Under the pieces are notes generated by a model that was given only the letters and a program-made list of their open reading frames with translations, did no database searches and had not been told where the DNA came from. From contig CAVVDR010000026.1 in the NCBI GenBank assembly GCA_963746955.1, positions 8,852 to 72,851 of the forward strand: a stretch of 64,000 nucleotides of DNA, in the 5' to 3' direction. A program made the translations under genes and the position numbers. Shown one piece after another: positions 1-9,146 of the stretch; position 1 is the first letter of the stretch, and each line of letters opens with the position of its first letter. This DNA is from an uncultured beta proteobacterium (GTDB taxonomy: Bacteria; Pseudomonadota; Gammaproteobacteria; Burkholderiales; Thiobacillaceae).

Positions 1-886
1 GGAACAACCTTTGCGCATTGCCTACCTGGGCCCGCAAGGCACCTTCAGCCAGGCTGCGGTGCACAAACATTTCGGCCATGCCGTCGGCGACTTGCCCTGT
101 ACCACGATAGACGAGGCATTTCGTGCGGTGGAAACCGGCAAGGCAGATTACTGCGTGGTACCAGTGGAGAATTCCACTGAAGGCGCGGTGTCTCGCACCC
201 TTGATTTGATCGTCGGATCGCCGCTCAAGGTGGGTGGCGAAGTCTATCTGCCCATTCACCAGAACCTGCTGCGTAAGCTCCCCATGCCTGGCGGGAAGGG
301 AGCAGGGGCTGAGGTCGCGGCGTCGGATGCGGCGCAGATGACTCAATTGAAGGGCGTCACCCGGGTCTACGGTCATGCCCAGTCGCTGAGCCAATGCCAG
401 AACTGGCTGAACAAGCATTTGCCCAATGCGCAGCGCGTGTCGGTCATCAGCAACTCGGAAGGGGCCCGGCTCGCTGCGCAGGATGCGGATTCGGTTGCGT
501 TGGCGGGCGAGGCCGCGGCGGAGATCTACGACTTGACGATCATTGCGTCCCGCATCGAAGACGAACCCAACAACACCACCCGTTTTTTGGTGCTGTCCTG
601 CCGGGATACATCCCCTTCGGGCAAGGACAAGACTGCGCTCGTGCTGTCGATTCGAAACCGACCGGGCGCATTGGTGGAACTGCTCAAGCCATTCGCGGCG
701 GCGGGCGTGTCGCTCACCAAGCTGGAATCGCGGCCCGCCCGGCAGGGTAACTGGGAATACCTGTTCTTTGTCGATTGCGAAGGCCACCGCGAGGACGCCA
801 AAGTTGCGGCTGTGCTGGCCGAGGTGTCGGCCCAGGCGGCGATGTTGAAAGTGCTGGGCTCTTATCCGTCGGCTGCCAGCTCCTGA
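1..886 (+). CDS. pheA: Chorismate mutase/prephenate dehydratase (P-protein): prephenate dehydratase + ACT domains; the 5' end lies outside the window
   Basis: The frame is open from the window edge, and track ORF 11..886 merely starts at the first in-frame TTG. The translation has the prephenate dehydratase TRF motif (NNTTRFLVL) and the ACT-domain ESRP motif (LTKLESRPA). It heads the conserved pheA-hisC-tyrA-aroA block. Confidence 0.9.
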   Translation, partial: EQPLRIAYLGPQGTFSQAAVHKHFGHAVGDLPCTTIDEAFRAVETGKADYCVVPVENSTEGAVSRTLDLIVGSPLKVGGEVYLPIHQNLLRKLPMPGGKGAGAEVAASDAAQMTQLKGVTRVYGHAQSLSQCQNWLNKHLPNAQRVSVISNSEGARLAAQDADSVALAGEAAAEIYDLTIIASRIEDEPNNTTRFLVLSCRDTSPSGKDKTALVLSIRNRPGALVELLKPFAAAGVSLTKLESRPARQGNWEYLFFVDCEGHREDAKVAAVLAEVSAQAAMLKVLGSYPSAASS

Positions 887-892
887 CACGCC

Positions 893-2005
893 ATGTTTTG
901 CGATCCCTGCGAACGGGCCCCGGCCAATATCCGCGCCATCGCCCCCTATCAGCCGGGCAAGCCCATTTCCGAACTCGCGCGCGACTTGGGGCTGCCAGAA
1001 CAAACCATCATCAAGTTGGCATCCAACGAGAACCCTCTGGGTGCGAGTCCCAAAGGACAGGCCGCGGCCGAAGCCGCGCTTGCCGACATTGCTCGCTATC
1101 CGGACGGCAGCGGCTATGAGTTGAAAGCCGCGCTGAGCGGCAAGTTCGGCATCGAAGCTGGCCGCATCGTGCTGGGGAATGGCTCCAATGACGTGCTGGA
1201 GCTGGCGGCCCGGGCCTTTCTCGCGCCCAGAACATCCGCGGTGTATTCGCGGCATGCCTTCGCCGTCTATGCGCTGGCAGTGCAGGCATCGGGCGCCACC
1301 GGCATTGAGACACGTGCCAGGGATTATGGGCATGACCTGAGAGCGATGGCCGCCGCGGTGCGGGATAACACTCGGGTGGTGTTCATCGCCAATCCCAACA
1401 ATCCCACCGGCACGCTATTGCCCAACGCGGACCTCGAAGGGTTCTTGAATGAAGTCCCGCGCCATGTGGTGGTCGTGCTGGACGAAGCTTACGGCGAATA
1501 CCTGCCGCCGGAAAAGCAGTCGCGGGCGCTGCAATGGCTGGAACAGTTTTCCAATCTGGTCGTGACCCGAACCTTTTCCAAGGCTTATGGCTTGGCTGGT
1601 TTGCGCGTCGGTTATGCGTTGACCAGTGAGGGCATTGCCGATCTGTTGAACCGGGTGCGGCAACCCTTCAATGTTACCAGTCCGGCCCTGGCTGCTGCTG
1701 CCGCAGCCCTGGATGACAGCAAGTTTGTGGCGCGCAGCTACGCGCTGAACCAGTTGGGCATGAAGCAATTTGTCCAGGGCTTCGACAAGCTTGGGCTGGA
1801 ACCCATTCCTTCCGCCGGCAATTTCATCAGCGTCAGGGTGGGACCGGCGGAGGCAGTGTTTCAAGCCTTGCTGAGCAAGGGCGTGATTGTGCGGCCGGTG
1901 GCCAACTATGCTATGCCCGAGCATCTGCGCATCAGCATCGGCCTGGCGCAGGAGAATGCCAAGTGTCTGCTGGCGCTTGAAGAGGCTTTGAGAGAATGCC
2001 GTTGA
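893..2005 (+). CDS. hisC: Histidinol-phosphate / aromatic-amino-acid aminotransferase (class II PLP enzyme)
   Basis: 370 aa. PLP-lysine context TFSKAYGLAGLRVGY and the NPNNPTG motif are present. It sits in the aromatic amino-acid block. The start may be slightly off. Confidence 0.85.
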   Translation: MFCDPCERAPANIRAIAPYQPGKPISELARDLGLPEQTIIKLASNENPLGASPKGQAAAEAALADIARYPDGSGYELKAALSGKFGIEAGRIVLGNGSNDVLELAARAFLAPRTSAVYSRHAFAVYALAVQASGATGIETRARDYGHDLRAMAAAVRDNTRVVFIANPNNPTGTLLPNADLEGFLNEVPRHVVVVLDEAYGEYLPPEKQSRALQWLEQFSNLVVTRTFSKAYGLAGLRVGYALTSEGIADLLNRVRQPFNVTSPALAAAAAALDDSKFVARSYALNQLGMKQFVQGFDKLGLEPIPSAGNFISVRVGPAEAVFQALLSKGVIVRPVANYAMPEHLRISIGLAQENAKCLLALEEALRECR

Positions 2006-2865
2006 TCGAACGTCTGGCAGTCGTCGGCACCGGCCTTATCGGTGGTTCGTTCGCACTTGCGCTGAAGCAGGCCGGGCAGGTCGGAAGCGTGGTGGGTGCA
2101 GGGCGCAGCGATGGAAATCTGCAGACTGCCAAGGTGCGCGGTATCTTGGACCATATTGCAGCCAGTGCGGCCGAAGCGGTGACAGGTGCCGATTTTGTTC
2201 TGCTTGCCGTCCCGGTCGGCCAAATGGAGGGCGTGATGCAAGCCATCGCGCCGGCGCTTGCGCCGGATGTCGTTATCTCCGATGTGGGGAGTACCAAGCA
2301 GGATGTGGTAGCTATGGCGCGTACCTGTCTGGCGGACAGCCTCGGCCGTTTTGTCCCGGGCCATCCCATTGCGGGCGCGGAAACATCCGGCGCCGAGGCG
2401 GCACGTGCCGATCTATTCAGCGGCACGAACGTGGTGTTGACACCGTTGCCGGACACCAATTTCAAGGCGTTGGTGAAAACCCAGTCGGCCTGGCAGGCCT
2501 GCGGCGCGAAAGTGAGCCTCATGCAGGCCAGCCAGCACGACCGCATCTTTGCCGCGGTGAGCCATCTGCCTCACCTGCTGGCGTATGCGCTAGTGGATAT
2601 GCTGGCCAGCCGGGCCGACAGCGATCTGCTTTTCGACTTCGCCGCCAGCGGATTTCGCGACTTCACCCGCATCGCGGCCAGCAGCCCGGAAATGTGGCGC
2701 GACATTGCCCTGGCCAACAGACATGCCTTGCTGGATGAACTCGAGGCCTATCAGGCCAAGCTGGAGGAACTGAAAGCAGCCCTAAGTGCCGAAGATGGGG
2801 ATGCATTGATCAAGATCTTTTCCCGCGCGCGGCAAGCACGCTCTGCCTTGAGAAAGATCCCATGA
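1996..2865 (+). CDS. tyrA: Prephenate (arogenate) dehydrogenase
   Basis: 289 aa with an N-terminal Rossmann GxGxxG ([10 protein letters not shown]) and the HPIAG motif. It overlaps the hisC stop by 10 nt. Confidence 0.85.
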   Translation: MPLIERLAVVGTGLIGGSFALALKQAGQVGSVVGAGRSDGNLQTAKVRGILDHIAASAAEAVTGADFVLLAVPVGQMEGVMQAIAPALAPDVVISDVGSTKQDVVAMARTCLADSLGRFVPGHPIAGAETSGAEAARADLFSGTNVVLTPLPDTNFKALVKTQSAWQACGAKVSLMQASQHDRIFAAVSHLPHLLAYALVDMLASRADSDLLFDFAASGFRDFTRIAASSPEMWRDIALANRHALLDELEAYQAKLEELKAALSAEDGDALIKIFSRARQARSALRKIP

Positions 2866-4160
2866 AAGAATATCTGGATTTGCAGCCTGCGAAAGGGGCG
2901 CGCGGCACCATCAAGCTGCCGGGTTCCAAGAGCATTTCCAACCGGGTCCTGCTGCTGTCCGCGCTCGCTGCGGGTACGACCGAGGTCAAGGATCTGCTCG
3001 ATTCGGATGACACGCGGGTGATGCTGGAAGCCCTATGCGCGCTGGGCGTGGGGGTCGAGCGCCACTTCGATTCCGGCGATTATGCGATCAGCGGCGTGGG
3101 CGGGGCCTTCCCCGTCAAGCACGCAGAGCTGTTTCTCGGCAATGCAGGCACGGCCTTTCGCTCGCTGACCGCGGCCTGCGCGCTCTCGGGGGGTGAGTAT
3201 CAGTTATCCGGCGTGGCTCGCATGCACGAGCGGCCGATATGCGATCTGGTGGATGCGTTGAGACGGCTTGGCGCGCGGATCGACTACCTGGGCAATGAGG
3301 GATTCCCGCCCCTGGCCATCAGGCCGGGCCAGACGGCCAGGGTGCCGGAAGTGTCGGTGAAAGGCAATGTGTCCAGCCAGTATCTCACCGGACTCTTGCT
3401 GTCGGCGCCCCTGCTGGAACGGGAGGTGAGAATAAAAGTAGAGGGTGAGCTTATTTCCAAACCCTATATCGGTATTACGCTCGGCCTGATGGAACGCTAC
3501 GGCGTCAAGGTGCAGCGCGAAGACTGGCAGCGTTTCACGGTTCGTGCGACGTCTTATAAGAGCCCCGGCACAATCCATGTTGAAGGCGATGCCTCGTCGG
3601 CCTCATATTTCCTCGCAGCCGGTGCTATTGGCCATGGTCCCGTGCGGGTGGAAGGCGTGGGGCGCAGTAGTCTTCAGGGCGACGTGCAGTTCGCCGCGGC
3701 GCTGGCGCGTATGGGCGTGGAAGTGAGCTTCGGCCCCAACTGGATTGAATCCCGGCTGGGTTGTTCGGACCGGCTGCATGCCCTGGAACTGGACTGCAAC
3801 CACATTCCCGATGCGGCCATGACCCTGGCGGTGCTGGCCTTGTTTGCCGACGGCACCACCACGCTCACCAACATCGGCTCCTGGCGGGTAAAGGAAACCG
3901 ACCGCATAACAGCCATGGCCACCGAATTGCGCAAGTTTGGCGCAATCGTGGAAGAAGGCGCCGACTATCTTCGCATCATCCCTCCTCACGCCTCACGCCT
4001 TACCCCTCACGTCGCCGTTGATACGTATGATGATCACCGCATGGCCATGTGTTTTTCGCTGGTCGCTCTGGGCGGGGTGCCAGTGCGCATCAACGATCCC
4101 GGTTGCGTCAACAAGACCTTTCCGGATTATTTTCACGCTTTTTCTTCCATCCTCAACTAA
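2862..4160 (+). CDS. aroA: 3-phosphoshikimate 1-carboxyvinyltransferase (EPSP synthase)
   Basis: 432 aa with motifs [19 protein letters not shown] and [14 protein letters not shown] overlap with tyrA. Confidence 0.95.
   Translation: MKEYLDLQPAKGARGTIKLPGSKSISNRVLLLSALAAGTTEVKDLLDSDDTRVMLEALCALGVGVERHFDSGDYAISGVGGAFPVKHAELFLGNAGTAFRSLTAACALSGGEYQLSGVARMHERPICDLVDALRRLGARIDYLGNEGFPPLAIRPGQTARVPEVSVKGNVSSQYLTGLLLSAPLLEREVRIKVEGELISKPYIGITLGLMERYGVKVQREDWQRFTVRATSYKSPGTIHVEGDASSASYFLAAGAIGHGPVRVEGVGRSSLQGDVQFAAALARMGVEVSFGPNWIESRLGCSDRLHALELDCNHIPDAAMTLAVLALFADGTTTLTNIGSWRVKETDRITAMATELRKFGAIVEEGADYLRIIPPHASRLTPHVAVDTYDDHRMAMCFSLVALGGVPVRINDPGCVNKTFPDYFHAFSSILN
3984..4011 (+). repeat. 4 x 7-nt tandem repeat CCTCACG CCTCACG CCTTACC CCTCACG inside the aroA reading frame
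   Basis: Read directly from the sequence. The first 14 nt differ at one position from CCTCACTCCTCACG at 41426-41439. Confidence 0.8.
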
Positions 4161-4820
4161 ATGCCAACCCCGGTCATCACCATTGACGGACCTTCCGCTT
4201 CTGGCAAAGGAACGGTGGCGGAACGGGTTGCCAGCCGGTTGAATTTTCATTACCTGGATAGCGGCGCACTGTATCGGCTGACCGCCCTGGCGGCGATGAA
4301 AGCCTGCGTAGAACTGCATGACGAAACTGCACTGGCAGGCCTGGCGGGCAAGCTGCCGGCCCGTTTTGAGAGCGGCCGGATCTGGCTCAATGACGACGAG
4401 GTGACGGAAACCATCCGCAGCGAATCGGTAGGCGAAGGAGCGTCAAAAGTGGCAGTGCTGCCCCGGGTGCGCGAGGCGCTGCTGGATCGCCAGCGCGCCT
4501 ATCGCAGAGCTCCGGGCCTGGTGGCGGATGGGCGCGACATGGGCTCCGTGGTGTTTCCTGATGCGCAGGCCAAGGTATTCCTGACGGCAAGCGCGGAAGT
4601 CCGCGCGGAAAGGCGATATAAGCAGTTGATCGAAAAAGGATTCTCTGCTAATCTTGCCGCCCTTGTCCAGGAAATGCGGGCAAGGGACGAGCGGGATGCG
4701 GCTCGTCCGGTGGCGCCACTCAGGCCTGCACCGGGCGCGTTGCTGCTGGATACCACCGGTATGTCGATCGATGATGCGGTGGATGCCGTGCTGGAGCATT
4801 ACCGCAATACGTCCAGATGA
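4161..4820 (+). CDS. cmk: Cytidylate kinase
   Basis: 219 aa with P-loop GPSASGKGT. The ATG directly abuts the aroA stop. Conserved aroA-cmk-rpsA order. Confidence 0.95.
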   Translation: MPTPVITIDGPSASGKGTVAERVASRLNFHYLDSGALYRLTALAAMKACVELHDETALAGLAGKLPARFESGRIWLNDDEVTETIRSESVGEGASKVAVLPRVREALLDRQRAYRRAPGLVADGRDMGSVVFPDAQAKVFLTASAEVRAERRYKQLIEKGFSANLAALVQEMRARDERDAARPVAPLRPAPGALLLDTTGMSIDDAVDAVLEHYRNTSR

Positions 4821-4893
4821 TTTTTTGGCGCCGGCCCGGAAGGCCGGCAATGTGCAACCAACCCCGTCCGCCCGGACGGAACTGAAGGCCCCT

Positions 4894-6627
4894 ATGTCTG
4901 CTGCAACCCAAATCTCCTCCGAACCCATGGAAAGCATGGAAAGTTTTGCTGCCCTGTTTGAGGAATCCCTATCCCGTCAGGAAATGCGCCAGGGAGAAGT
5001 CATCACCGCCGAAGTCATCTCCATCGATGACAACTTCGTCGTGGTGAACGCCGGCCTCAAGTCAGAGAGTCTGATTCTGCGGGAAGAATTTCTCAATGAC
5101 CGGGGCGAGCTTGAAGTCAAGCCTGGCGACTTTGTCCAGGTCGCGATCGAATCCCTGGAAGACGGCTTTGGCTCCACCAAGCTGTCGCGCGACCGCGCCA
5201 AGCGCTTGTCGGCATGGCTGGACCTGGAAGCGGCTATGAACGAAGGCCGCATCGTGAGCGGCCTGGTGCAGGGTCGCGTCAAGGGCGGCCTAACCGTCCT
5301 GATGAACGGACTGCGCGCCTTTTTGCCCGGCTCGCTGGTGGATATGCGCCCGATCAAGGACACCGCGCCCTTCGAAGGCAAGGAGATGGAGTTCAAGGTC
5401 ATCAAGCTGGATCGCAAGCGCAACAACGTGGTGGTTTCCCGTCGCGCCGTGCTGGAGGCGTCCATGGGCGCCGATCGACAGGCGTTGCTCGACAACCTGA
5501 AGGAAGGCCAGGTGATCAAGGGGGTGGTCAAGAACATCACCGATTACGGCGCGTTTGTGGATCTGGGCGGAATCGATGGCCTGTTGCATATCACCGACAT
5601 GGCCTGGCGCCGCGTCAAACATCCCTCGGAAGTCGTACAGGTCGGTCAGGAAGTGGAAGCCAAGATCCTCAAGTTCGATCAGGAAAAGAACCGCGTATCG
5701 CTCGGCCTCAAGCAGTTGGGCGATGATCCCTGGGTGGGCATTGGACGGCGTTACCCGCAGGGCACCCGCATGTTCGGGAAGGTCGCCAACCTGACCGATT
5801 ACGGTTGCTTCGTCGAAATTGAACCGGGCATCGAAGGCCTGGTGCATGTGTCCGAGATGGACTGGACCAACAAGAACGTCAATCCTTCCAAGGTGGTCGC
5901 ACTGGGCGATGAAGTGGAAGTGATGGTGCTGGATATCGATGAAGACAAGCGCCGCATCTCCCTGGGCATGAAGCAGTGCAAGCCCAATCCCTGGGAAGAG
6001 TTTTCGATGAATTACAAGAAGGGTGACAAGGTCAAGGGCGCGATCAAGTCGATCACCGACTTCGGCGTGTTTATCGGCCTGAACGGCGGCATCGACGGAC
6101 TGGTGCACCTTTCCGACCTGTCATGGAACGTTCCCGGCGAAGAAGCGGTGCGCAACTTCCGCAAAGGCCAGGATCTGGAAGCCGTGGTGCTGGGCATCGA
6201 CATGGAGCGCGAGCGGATTTCCCTCGGCATCAAGCAGCTTGAAGGCGATCCCTTCAACTCCTTCGTCGGCACCCACGAAAAGGGCAGCATTGTGAAGGGC
6301 ACGGTCAAGTCGCTCGACGCCAAGGGCGCGGTGATCGATCTGGGTGGCGACATGGAAGGCTACCTGCGGGCTTCCGAAGTATCGCGTGACCGCGTTGAAG
6401 ACATGCGCACGCATCTGAAGGAAGGCGACCAGGTCGAGGCCATGGTGATCAATGTGGATCGCAAGAACCGCCAGATCAACCTTTCCATCAAGGCCAAGGA
6501 CAGCGCCGAACAAGATGTTGCCATGAAGAAATTCTCGGCCGAATCTTCCGCGGCGGCGAGTGGCGCCACCAACCTGGGCGCGCTGCTCAAGGCCAAACTC
6601 GACAACAAGGGCGGCGACCAGCAGTAG
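4894..6627 (+). CDS. rpsA: 30S ribosomal protein S1
   Basis: Six S1 repeats, with FAALFEESL near the N-terminus as in E. coli S1. The track start at 4654 overlaps cmk and is rejected. ATG 4894 is chosen, but ATG 4927 or 4936 is equally possible. Confidence 0.93.
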   Translation: MSAATQISSEPMESMESFAALFEESLSRQEMRQGEVITAEVISIDDNFVVVNAGLKSESLILREEFLNDRGELEVKPGDFVQVAIESLEDGFGSTKLSRDRAKRLSAWLDLEAAMNEGRIVSGLVQGRVKGGLTVLMNGLRAFLPGSLVDMRPIKDTAPFEGKEMEFKVIKLDRKRNNVVVSRRAVLEASMGADRQALLDNLKEGQVIKGVVKNITDYGAFVDLGGIDGLLHITDMAWRRVKHPSEVVQVGQEVEAKILKFDQEKNRVSLGLKQLGDDPWVGIGRRYPQGTRMFGKVANLTDYGCFVEIEPGIEGLVHVSEMDWTNKNVNPSKVVALGDEVEVMVLDIDEDKRRISLGMKQCKPNPWEEFSMNYKKGDKVKGAIKSITDFGVFIGLNGGIDGLVHLSDLSWNVPGEEAVRNFRKGQDLEAVVLGIDMERERISLGIKQLEGDPFNSFVGTHEKGSIVKGTVKSLDAKGAVIDLGGDMEGYLRASEVSRDRVEDMRTHLKEGDQVEAMVINVDRKNRQINLSIKAKDSAEQDVAMKKFSAESSAAASGATNLGALLKAKLDNKGGDQQ

Positions 6628-6633
6628 TCATCC

Positions 6634-6918
6634 ATGACCAAGTCCGAACTGATCGCCAAGCTTTCCATCCGTTACCCGCAGTTTGCGGGCGCGGATGCCG
6701 AATTGGCGGTCAAGACCATACTGGATGCGATGACCAAGTCCTTGGGGACCGGGGCCCGAATCGAGATTCGCGGCTTCGGCAGTTTCAGCCTGAACTACCG
6801 GCCTGCGCGCCAGGGCCGCAATCCCAAATCGGGCGACAAGGTGTTCGTGGCGGCCAAGTATGTGCCCCACTTCAAGGCAGGCAAGGAGCTGCGTGAGCGG
6901 GTGGATTACCACCCGTAA
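6634..6918 (+). CDS. ihfB: Integration host factor subunit beta
   Basis: 94 aa with an HU/IHF fold, MTKSELI N-terminus and DNA-binding arm RQGRNPKSG. It follows rpsA, as in many proteobacteria. Confidence 0.9.
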   Translation: MTKSELIAKLSIRYPQFAGADAELAVKTILDAMTKSLGTGARIEIRGFGSFSLNYRPARQGRNPKSGDKVFVAAKYVPHFKAGKELRERVDYHP

Positions 6919-6941
6919 GTCTTCCCGATTGGTTGCCTGCG

Positions 6942-6979
6942 AGCCCGCTTCGGCCATGCCAAAACGGGCTTCTTAATTT
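6942..6979 (+). terminator. Possible rho-independent terminator after ihfB
   Basis: AGCCCG (6942-6947) pairs with CGGGCT (6965-6970) and is followed by TCTTAATTT. The stem is short and the loop is 17 nt, so this is only moderately convincing. Confidence 0.4.
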
Positions 6980-7139
6980 GGATTTGGGAGGTTCGGGAGG
7001 GAAACCGCGAGTTCGTCGTAGGATTACGTAGGCGCCAAATTGGACGGGCCGGCCGGATTATCTGATCACGGTGCCTGGACACTCTCCACAGTGGAAGAAC
7101 AATGTCGGATAATTTTACAATCCGCTGACGTTAAAGCCA

Positions 7140-7152
7140 TAACTAATTGATA
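7140..7152 (-). promoter_or_regulatory. IHF-binding-site match (TATCAATTAGTTA)
   Basis: The minus-strand reading fully matches the consensus WATCAANNNNTTR. It lies about 20 nt upstream of the -24 element at 7171, in an AT-rich stretch. Confidence 0.4.
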
Positions 7153-7170
7153 TTGAGATACTTTCTATTC

Positions 7171-7186
7171 TGGCATGTATCGTGCT
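7171..7186 (+). promoter_or_regulatory. Sigma-54 type -24/-12 promoter (TGGCATGTATCGTGCT) upstream of the PEP-CTERM gene
   Basis: It matches TGGCACG-N4-TTGCW at 11 of 12 specified positions by hand count, with canonical GG/GC spacing. A weaker second copy, TGGTCGCTATCGTGCT, lies at 7230-7245. Confidence 0.5.
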
Positions 7187-7311
7187 TTTCGGTGGTTCTG
7201 CGTCCAGGCGGAACAGTTCGCGTTCAGGTTGGTCGCTATCGTGCTTCGTACGGGTGCCGAAGGTGATCTTCCACTGCTCGGTCGTCAGAAATCTAAGATT
7301 GTGAGGAAATT

Positions 7312-8124
7312 ATGTCTACATGGTTGCTTAAATCCGCCGCTCTCATCGGCTTGTCGCTCTTGGTTGGGGCTGCTAATGCGGTGCCGTTGCCGGGACTGAC
7401 CAATCTCAACTTTCTATCGTATGCGGGCCCGTCAGCGCCCAAAGATTCCTTTACTGCAGTCAATCCGGACGGTTGGACGGGCGGTAATGGCCTTATCTTT
7501 ATCGATCAACCCGGAAATGCCAGTAACCCCAATTCTGCCTGCGGAAGCATTTACCTGCAGACCTATGGTTGCCCCAGCACCCTGGCTATACCCGGTGGCT
7601 ACAACTACGTCGAGGCGGACGGTAATCCCGATTTCGAGAGCGGATTTAGCTACAACATTACCGGACTGACTGCGGGACAGACCTACACCCTGAGCTTCTA
7701 CCAGGCGGCCAGCCAGCAAACGGGCTTTAGGGGAGCCACGACCAATCAGTGGATTGTCTCCCTAGGCACCAGTGGACTCACCGACTGCGCCGGCTGCCTT
7801 GGCGGCGGCAATAGCTCATATTCCAACGCGGATGCGACCGCATCGATCGTGTCAACGCCGTTGATGAGTGTTCCAGACCAAGGCCTGGTTGACTGGAATT
7901 ATGTCTCGGTTGATCTCACCGCCGACGACACGAATCAGGTGCTGAGCTTCCTGGCCTGGGGTAACAACGGCAACACTGCCAATCTCCCGCCGATGATTTT
8001 CCTGGCGGGCGTCAATTCAGAACCTGGGCTCAATCTGCCGGAGCCCACAACCGTGGCACTTTTCGGTCTTGGGCTATTAGGCCTTGGGGCAAGCAGGCTA
8101 CGTCGGTCCCCGAGCGCAGCTTGA
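7312..8124 (+). CDS. PEP-CTERM sorting-domain secreted protein
   Basis: Signal peptide MSTWLLKSAALIGLSLLVGAANA. C-terminal tag LPEPTTVALFGLGLLGLGASRLRR, consisting of a PEP motif, a TM helix and an Arg cluster. The middle domain is rich in Gly, Asn and Thr. Confidence 0.85.
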   Translation: MSTWLLKSAALIGLSLLVGAANAVPLPGLTNLNFLSYAGPSAPKDSFTAVNPDGWTGGNGLIFIDQPGNASNPNSACGSIYLQTYGCPSTLAIPGGYNYVEADGNPDFESGFSYNITGLTAGQTYTLSFYQAASQQTGFRGATTNQWIVSLGTSGLTDCAGCLGGGNSSYSNADATASIVSTPLMSVPDQGLVDWNYVSVDLTADDTNQVLSFLAWGNNGNTANLPPMIFLAGVNSEPGLNLPEPTTVALFGLGLLGLGASRLRRSPSAA

Positions 8125-8141
8125 CGGCCTGACCGCTCAGC

Positions 8142-8175
8142 GGCCATCCTGCCTTCAGTTCAGGCGGCGATGGCC
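8142..8175 (+). terminator. Imperfect hairpin downstream of the PEP-CTERM gene (possible terminator)
   Basis: GGCCATC (8142-8148) pairs with GATGGCC (8169-8175), with an inner TGCC/GGC(G) pairing. It is followed by GTTGTCGTTTGC. Confidence 0.3.
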
Positions 8176-8207
8176 GTTGTCGTTTGCATGAATGAGACTC
8201 AGGACAC

Positions 8208-9077
8208 GTGACCGTGCCGTCTTTTCTGGATCAACAGCATCTCCTGGCGCTCGTCCGAGAAATCATTAGGCTCAGCGTGTGGCTCGCCCTGCTCGCGGTT
8301 ATTTTCCTGCCGCTTGAGCGAATTTTTGCGCTGCATCCGAGAAAGTTCTTTTGCAAGTCCCTCGTCCAGGACTTGGGCTATTACTTCATTAGTGGGCTGG
8401 TGCCCGGCCTGTTGATGGCTGTGCCGCTATCCTTGGCTGCTTATGGCGCTCATGCCATAGTGCCATGGCGCGTGCAATCCGCCGTTGCTGCATTGCCGTT
8501 ATGGCAACGCGCCCTTGCCGGACTTCTGGTCAGCGAGCTCGGCTTCTACTGGGGCCATCGCTGGGCGCATCAGATTCCTTTCCTGTGGCGCTTTCACTCG
8601 ATCCACCATAGCGCCAAGCAGATCTACTTTTTGATCAGTTCGCGGGCACATCCGATCGACAACGTCTTCATTCGACTATGTGGCTTCATACCAGTTTACG
8701 TGCTTGGCATCGCTACGCCGCTAACCCCTGAGGGCGGTACCGTTGCTGCGCTGCTCGTACTCGCTTTGACCATGTGGGGATTCTTTATCCATTCAAATCT
8801 GCGCTGGCGGCTGGGTCCGCTGGAATGGCTGTTCGCCACTCCCCACTTCCACCACTGGCACCACACGCTGGGCGAAGAACGGGATCGCAATTATGCGTCG
8901 ATGTTGCCCGTGATGGACTGGATCTTCGGCACGCTCCATCTGCCCCGGAAACAGTGGCCGTCGGCCTATGGCATCGAGGCGAAACTGCCCAGTTCGTTGG
9001 GTGGACAACTGATGTATCCATTACGCTTGCAGCCGCCTGAGATCAGTTCGCCGAAGCCAGTCGCCGCAGAGCGCTAA
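8208..9077 (+). CDS. Fatty acid hydroxylase / sterol desaturase superfamily membrane protein
   Basis: Three histidine boxes (HRWAH, HSIHH, HHWHH) and several hydrophobic helices. GTG start. Confidence 0.8.
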   Translation: MTVPSFLDQQHLLALVREIIRLSVWLALLAVIFLPLERIFALHPRKFFCKSLVQDLGYYFISGLVPGLLMAVPLSLAAYGAHAIVPWRVQSAVAALPLWQRALAGLLVSELGFYWGHRWAHQIPFLWRFHSIHHSAKQIYFLISSRAHPIDNVFIRLCGFIPVYVLGIATPLTPEGGTVAALLVLALTMWGFFIHSNLRWRLGPLEWLFATPHFHHWHHTLGEERDRNYASMLPVMDWIFGTLHLPRKQWPSAYGIEAKLPSSLGGQLMYPLRLQPPEISSPKPVAAER

Positions 9078-9146
9078 TCAAGGGGAATCGTGGTTGCTGT
9101 TCGGCTGATCTGGCCGATCATGCAATATTTCATGATTCTGCGCTGC

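Noticed and set aside
4654-4893. Upstream extensions of track ORFs beyond the likely starts: rpsA from 4654, fur to 14594, dapB from 15591, carA from 16767, nuoB from 33136, nuoJ from 41324, cytochrome b from 48249, Mo enzyme from 48826, hupB from 51739, and others.
   Set aside because: The extensions overlap the preceding gene or a promoter or repeat. They add sequence with no similarity to the family N-termini, and internal ATG/GTG codons reproduce the canonical N-termini.
4927-4944. A 9-nt tandem duplication, ATGGAAAGC ATGGAAAGT (MES-MES), at the candidate start of rpsA.
   Set aside because: It is real in the sequence but trivial in size. It only adds ambiguity about which ATG is used, and I see no basis for a functional claim.
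7175-7399. A 74-aa ORF upstream of and overlapping the PEP-CTERM gene start.
   Set aside because: It has no family resemblance, starts inside the predicted sigma-54 promoter and overlaps the signal-peptide coding region in another frame.
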